Shown in pieces: positions 59,528 to 64,000 of a DNA stretch of 64,000 bases. Made by a program: the position numbers and the translations under genes. The first letter of the stretch is position 1. The number at the start of each line of letters is the position of its first letter. The notes beneath the pieces were generated by a model. It had not been told where the DNA came from. It did no database searches and saw only the letters and a list, made by a program, of their open reading frames with translations. Origin of the DNA: Thermoanaerobaculia bacterium (GTDB taxonomy: Bacteria > Acidobacteriota > Thermoanaerobaculia > UBA5066); contig CAVRAY010000001.1 of NCBI GenBank assembly GCA_963719225.1, positions 3,200,001 to 3,264,000 on the forward strand. The letters run 5' to 3'.

Positions 59528-61054
59528 ATGCGCCGGAACCGATTCGTCGAACGTGTCCTGGTTCTCGGGCTTGCCGCCGGACTGTCGGCGGCGGGCTGCA
59601 CAAGGAAGGAAACCCCGACCCCCGCGGCGGCCGGCCCGGCTCCTGGCCCGACGGCGGTGGGCGGCGGGAAGATCCCGGTGACGACTGCGTCGGCCGAGGC
59701 CAGGGACGAGTTCCTGAAGGGCCGCGAGGACGTCGAGAAGCTGCAGATCACGAACTCCATCGCGCACTTCCAGAAGGCCGCTTCGCTGGATCCGGCCTTC
59801 GCCTGGGCCGAGCTCGGCCTCGCGAACTCGGCGCCGACCGGGAAGGAGTTCTTCGAGCACCTCAACAAGGCCGTCAGCCTGGCCGGCAAGGCGTCGGACG
59901 GAGAGAGGCTCCTCATCCTCGCCACGGAGGCAGGCGCGAACACAGACGCGGCGAAGCAGAAGGAGTATCTGGACGCGCTCGTCGCGGCGTATCCGAACGA
60001 CGAGCGGGCCCACTTCAACCTGGGTGGCTATTACTTCGGCCAGCAGCAATACGCTCAGGCGATCGAGCAATACAGGAAGGCGACGGAGATCGAGCCGGGC
60101 TACTCGACGGCCTACAACATTCTCGGCTACTCGTATCGCCAGACCGGCGACTTCGCCAGCGCCGAGAAGGCGTTTCAGAAGTACATCGAGCTGATCCCGA
60201 GGGACCCAAATCCTCACGACTCCTATGCCGAGCTGCTCCTGAAGATGGGCCGGTTCGAGGATTCCATCGCCCAGTATCGCAAGGCGCTGGAGATCGACCC
60301 CAACTTCCTCAACGCTCATCAGGGAATCGCCATGGACCTGCTCTATTCCGGCAAATCGGCCGAGGCCGAGGCGGAGCTGTCGAACATCACGAAGAAGGCC
60401 AGGACCGACGCCGAGCGCCGGACGGGCCTGCTCGCGCTCACGGTCGTTCACATTGACGGCGGAAAGATGGCAAAGGCGCTCGAGGACGTGGACAAGCAGT
60501 ACGTTCTGGGAGAGAAGACCAACGACGTCCCGGCGATGGCCGGCAACAACGGATTGAAGGGAAACATCCTCCTCGAGATGGGCAAGCCCGACCAGGCCCG
60601 AGCGGAATTCGAACGCGGCCTGAAGCTCGTCGAAGGCTCGAACCTCTCACCGGAGGTCAAGGCCAACGCCGGGCTCGTCAGCCACTACAACCTCGCGCGC
60701 GTCGCGGCGGCGAAGAAGGACCTCGCGGAGGCGAAGAGCGAGGCGGACGTTTTCCGGAAGGGCGCCGAAGCCAAGAAGAATCCGGCCCAGGTCAGGAACG
60801 CCCACGAGCTCGACGGGATCATCGCCCTGGCAGAGAAGGACTACGACCGGGCGATCGCCGAGCTCCAGCAGGCGAATCAGCAGAATCCCCAGGATCTCTA
60901 TCGTCTCTGTCTGGCCTACAAGGCAAAGGGCGACGCAGGGAAAGCGAAGGAGTCCTGCGAAAAGGCGGCGAACTTCAACTCGCTGCCTCAGGTCAATTAC
61001 GCCTTCGTTCGCACGAAGGCAAAGGCCGCGGCGCCGGCAGCCGGAAGAGGCTGA
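59528..61054 (+). CDS. TPR-repeat lipoprotein
   Basis: AAGGAGG RBS, LSAAGC lipobox, multiple TPRs (AYNILGYSY.., AIEQYRKA.EI.P). Confidence 0.9.
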   Translation: MRRNRFVERVLVLGLAAGLSAAGCTRKETPTPAAAGPAPGPTAVGGGKIPVTTASAEARDEFLKGREDVEKLQITNSIAHFQKAASLDPAFAWAELGLANSAPTGKEFFEHLNKAVSLAGKASDGERLLILATEAGANTDAAKQKEYLDALVAAYPNDERAHFNLGGYYFGQQQYAQAIEQYRKATEIEPGYSTAYNILGYSYRQTGDFASAEKAFQKYIELIPRDPNPHDSYAELLLKMGRFEDSIAQYRKALEIDPNFLNAHQGIAMDLLYSGKSAEAEAELSNITKKARTDAERRTGLLALTVVHIDGGKMAKALEDVDKQYVLGEKTNDVPAMAGNNGLKGNILLEMGKPDQARAEFERGLKLVEGSNLSPEVKANAGLVSHYNLARVAAAKKDLAEAKSEADVFRKGAEAKKNPAQVRNAHELDGIIALAEKDYDRAIAELQQANQQNPQDLYRLCLAYKAKGDAGKAKESCEKAANFNSLPQVNYAFVRTKAKAAAPAAGRG

Positions 61055-61104
61055 TCTCATTGCATCACTTCGACTTTTGCCGGACTCGCAATATGCTCTG
61101 ACGC

Positions 61105-62403
61105 ATGGCACGGCACGTCGCGATCGTCGGAGCGGGCGTCATCGGATGCGCGACTGCGCTGGAGCTCAAGCGGCGTGGGTTCGACGTGAGCGTCGTCGAC
61201 CGTAACGGCGAAGCCGGGCACGGCACCACTTCGGCGTCGTGCGGCGTCGTGCGGCGGTACTACTCCCAGCCCGGCATGATGGCGATGGCCCACGAGGCGG
61301 CGTCCATATGGGCGGACTGGTCTCGTTACCTGGGCCCCATCGACGAGGACCTCGCGGTGTTCAAGCGGCCGGGCATGCTGTTCATCCTGCCCCGCGTCGA
61401 CGAGACGGTCCACGTCCTCCTGGCCGAGATGAAGCGGGTCGGCATCAAGGCTTCCCTGCTTTCCCCCGACGAGGTGCACGAGCGGTTCCCCTATCTCGAC
61501 ACGGCGTCGCACTTCCCCGCCCGGCCGGTGTCGGATCCCGAGTTTGCCGAGTCTGGCAATCGCCCGATCGCCGGCGCCATCTTCGAGGAGGACTCGGGGT
61601 ACGTCGTCTCTCCGAGCATCGCCACCAGCAATCTGCGGCGGGCGGGCGAGCGTGAAGGGGTGCGCTTTCTCCTGAACCGGCGGGTCGCGAGCATCCGCCC
61701 GGCAGGCGGGCGGCGCTTCCTCCTCGAGACGGAGTCCCGCGGGCCGATCGAGTGCGACGTCGTCGTCAACGCGTCGGGTCCGCATTCCAGCATCGTGAAC
61801 CGGATGGCGGGCGTGACGCTCCCGCTGGAAACGCGACCGCTCCGCCGCGAGGTCCACATCCTTTCGAATCCGCTCTTCGGCCAGCCGGAGGGAGCCGGGG
61901 TTCCCGTGGTCGGCGACGTCGACGGAGGAGTCTATTTCCGGCCCGAGACGGGAGGCCGCGACATCGTGGTCGGCTCGACGGACCCCGAGTGCGACGCCAA
62001 GGAGTTCGTGACGGATCCCGACGAATTCGGCGACCGCATCACGGATCTCTACCGCGAGAGGCAATGCCTTCGGGCGATGCAGCGCTTTCCCGCGATGCGC
62101 CTCGGCCGTCCGCGCGGAGTCGCCTCGCTCTACGACGTCACCGTCCGCGACTGGTATCCGATCGTCGACCGGACGGACCTGCCGGGCTTTTTCGTGTGCA
62201 TCGGCACGAGTGGCTCCTCGTTCAAGACGGCGCCCGTGCTCGGCCGCCTCACGGCCGAGCTCATCCAGCGCGCGGAAGAGGGGCGAGACACCGACCGGGA
62301 CCCGGTCATTCTCGACCTGCCCCGCATCGGTACGTCGGTGGATACACGCTTCCTCTCCCGGCACCGCGGCGAGCTCGAGACCACGAGCACGGTCATCGGA
62401 TAA
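61105..62403 (+). CDS. FAD-dependent oxidoreductase (DAO/sarcosine oxidase beta family)
   Basis: [46 protein letters not shown]. Confidence 0.88.
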   Translation: MARHVAIVGAGVIGCATALELKRRGFDVSVVDRNGEAGHGTTSASCGVVRRYYSQPGMMAMAHEAASIWADWSRYLGPIDEDLAVFKRPGMLFILPRVDETVHVLLAEMKRVGIKASLLSPDEVHERFPYLDTASHFPARPVSDPEFAESGNRPIAGAIFEEDSGYVVSPSIATSNLRRAGEREGVRFLLNRRVASIRPAGGRRFLLETESRGPIECDVVVNASGPHSSIVNRMAGVTLPLETRPLRREVHILSNPLFGQPEGAGVPVVGDVDGGVYFRPETGGRDIVVGSTDPECDAKEFVTDPDEFGDRITDLYRERQCLRAMQRFPAMRLGRPRGVASLYDVTVRDWYPIVDRTDLPGFFVCIGTSGSSFKTAPVLGRLTAELIQRAEEGRDTDRDPVILDLPRIGTSVDTRFLSRHRGELETTSTVIG

Positions 62404-62432
62404 CACGCCGCCGCGATACGCTCCGTCGATCA

Positions 62433-63809
62433 ATGAGTGAGCCATCCGTGACGGGTGCGAGGTGGTCGTCGCGGTTCGCGTTCTATCTCGGAGTCGTGGG
62501 CGCGGCCGTCGGGCTCGGGAGCATCTGGCGATTTCCGTACCTGGCCGGGACTTCGGGCGGGAGCGCGTTCGTCCTGGTCTTCGTCCTGGCCATCGCACTC
62601 ATCGCGACACCGCTCCTCGCGGCCGAGTTCCTGATCGGGCGCCGCGCGCGGCGCAGCCCTCCGACGGCGGCCGGGGAAGTGGCCCGGCAATCGGGTCTCT
62701 CGGAACGATGGAATGCCATCGGTCTCCTGGGAACGGCCGCGGCGTTCCTCATCCTTTCCTACTACGCCGTCGTGGCCGGCTGGGTCCTGGCGTACACGTG
62801 GAAGTGCGCGAGCGGCGCGCTCTCCGGCCTGTCGCCCGCGGAGGTGTCGGCGCTCTGGCGCCGTTTCCTCTCCAGCCCCCTGGAGATGGGCGCCTGGCAC
62901 CTGGCCTTCATCGCGCTCGTGGCCTTCTTCTCGGCGCGCGGCCTGCACGGAGGCATCGAGCTCGCCACCAAGATCCGGGGACCCGCCCTCCTCGGCCTGC
63001 TCCTCCTGCTCGACGTCTACGCGCTGACGGCCGGCGCAAGCCGGCGCGGTCTCGTCTTCGCGTTCGCGCCGAACTTCCGCGCGATCACTCCCGAGGTCGT
63101 GCTCGTCGCGATCGGGCAGGCCTTCTACGCGACCGGAGTCGGCATGGCGATGATGCTCGCCTACGGCGCATACGTCTCGCGTGGCACGTCGCTGGTGAAG
63201 TCCGCCGCGATCATCAGCGCGTCGATTCTCCTGGTTTCCCTCCTGGCGACGCTCCTCGTCTTCCCCCTCGTCTTTCATTACGGGATGAACCCCGCGCAGG
63301 GGCCGGAGCTCGTGTTCGAAGTCCTTCCGAAGGTCTTCGCCGAGATGCCCGGGGGCCGGGTCGTGGGAAGCCTGTTCTTCCTCCTTCTCGTCTTCGCCGC
63401 TCTCACTCCTTCGATCGCGGCGCTCGAGCCCGTGAACGCGCACCTCCTGCAACGCACGCGTCTCCGAAGGGTCCACGCCACTCTGCTGTCGGCGGGCGCC
63501 GCCTGGCTCCTGGGCATCGCTTCCGTCCTCTCCTTCAGCGCCTGGGCGCGCTGGCGCCCGCTGGGATTCCTGCCGGGGTTCGGAGCGAAGACCTGGTTCG
63601 ACACCGCGGACTACGTGGCCTCGAACGTCCTCCTGCCGGTCGGAGCTTTGCTCACGAGCGTGCTCGTGGGCTGGCGCCTGGACCGCGCCGTCACGAGCGA
63701 AGAGCTCGCCGAGACGACGCCCTTCGCCCGGCGAGCCTGCATCTTCCTCTTGCGCACTGTCTGTCCGCTCGCGATCGTCGCCGTCCTCGTCGCCAAGCTG
63801 CTCGAATAG
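62433..63809 (+). CDS. NSS/SNF-family sodium-dependent transporter
   Basis: WSSRFAF..GAAVGLGSIWRFPY, LSYYAVVAGW, GQAFY, GPELVF. ATG at 62433. Confidence 0.92.
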   Translation: MSEPSVTGARWSSRFAFYLGVVGAAVGLGSIWRFPYLAGTSGGSAFVLVFVLAIALIATPLLAAEFLIGRRARRSPPTAAGEVARQSGLSERWNAIGLLGTAAAFLILSYYAVVAGWVLAYTWKCASGALSGLSPAEVSALWRRFLSSPLEMGAWHLAFIALVAFFSARGLHGGIELATKIRGPALLGLLLLLDVYALTAGASRRGLVFAFAPNFRAITPEVVLVAIGQAFYATGVGMAMMLAYGAYVSRGTSLVKSAAIISASILLVSLLATLLVFPLVFHYGMNPAQGPELVFEVLPKVFAEMPGGRVVGSLFFLLLVFAALTPSIAALEPVNAHLLQRTRLRRVHATLLSAGAAWLLGIASVLSFSAWARWRPLGFLPGFGAKTWFDTADYVASNVLLPVGALLTSVLVGWRLDRAVTSEELAETTPFARRACIFLLRTVCPLAIVAVLVAKLLE

Positions 63810-63877
63810 AGACGGGATCCTGTCGCGCAGGGGCTCGCCTTGTTGGAGTCCCACGTTCGGGGCGACACCAAAGGCAT

Positions 63878-63979
63878 GTGAAGCATTTCGCGTCGCCCGG
63901 TTTCTGGGCGTCCTTCGAGAAGCTTCCCGCAAATGTTCAGGATCTCGCGCGACGGCCTCCTCACTCCACGTACTTGTAG
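63878..63979 (+). pseudogene. Truncated ParE/RelE-like toxin remnant
   Basis: (M)KHFASPGFWASFEKLPANVQDLAR resembles the N-terminus of ParE-like toxins but stops after 33 aa. Confidence 0.5.
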
Positions 63980-64000
63980 CCCGTGCCCGTGTCGAAGACG
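63961..64000 (-). CDS. 3' end of a PLP-dependent enzyme, probably threonine synthase (partial)
   Basis: Minus strand reads VFDTGTGYKYVE-stop, matching the TGxGxKY C-terminal motif. Confidence 0.55.
   Translation of the reverse strand, partial: VFDTGTGYKYVE

Noticed and set aside
1-64000. Many long overlapping ORFs in the six-frame track (for example 5556-8165 +, 19372-21705 -, 14278-16200 -)
   Set aside because: Arg/Pro/Gly-rich shadow frames expected at high GC; each overlaps a gene with clear family motifs.
1-64000. CRISPR array, rRNA or tRNA genes
   Set aside because: No regularly spaced direct repeats or recognisable structural RNA genes, and intergenic space is very small.

Overview
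High-GC (roughly 68-70% by eye), gene-dense bacterial chromosome segment with about 54 CDSs. It most resembles Acidobacteriota, probably Thermoanaerobaculia; this is inferred from protein family content, not from a marker gene. Most genes are housekeeping or envelope functions: peptidases, transporters, oxidoreductases, fumC, acp/fabF, rfbD, two very large secreted surface proteins and a three-gene minor-pilin cassette. No rRNA, tRNA or CRISPR array was seen. Main points of interest: (1) an IS110/IS1111-type element at 26430-27966 whose 3' non-coding region folds like a bridge/seek RNA, with guide segments matching its own reconstructed target and donor junctions. It is inserted at a CTAG that was the shared stop of two convergent genes, one an orphan Hcp-like gene. 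(2) A dispersed palindrome TTTCTNAGAAA, several copies of which sit inside short AT-enriched patches, including within coding sequence. (3) Many genes with a TANNNT box 6-8 nt before the start codon and no Shine-Dalgarno, suggesting leaderless mRNAs. (4) Three single-base frameshifts in short homopolymers that may be long-read errors.
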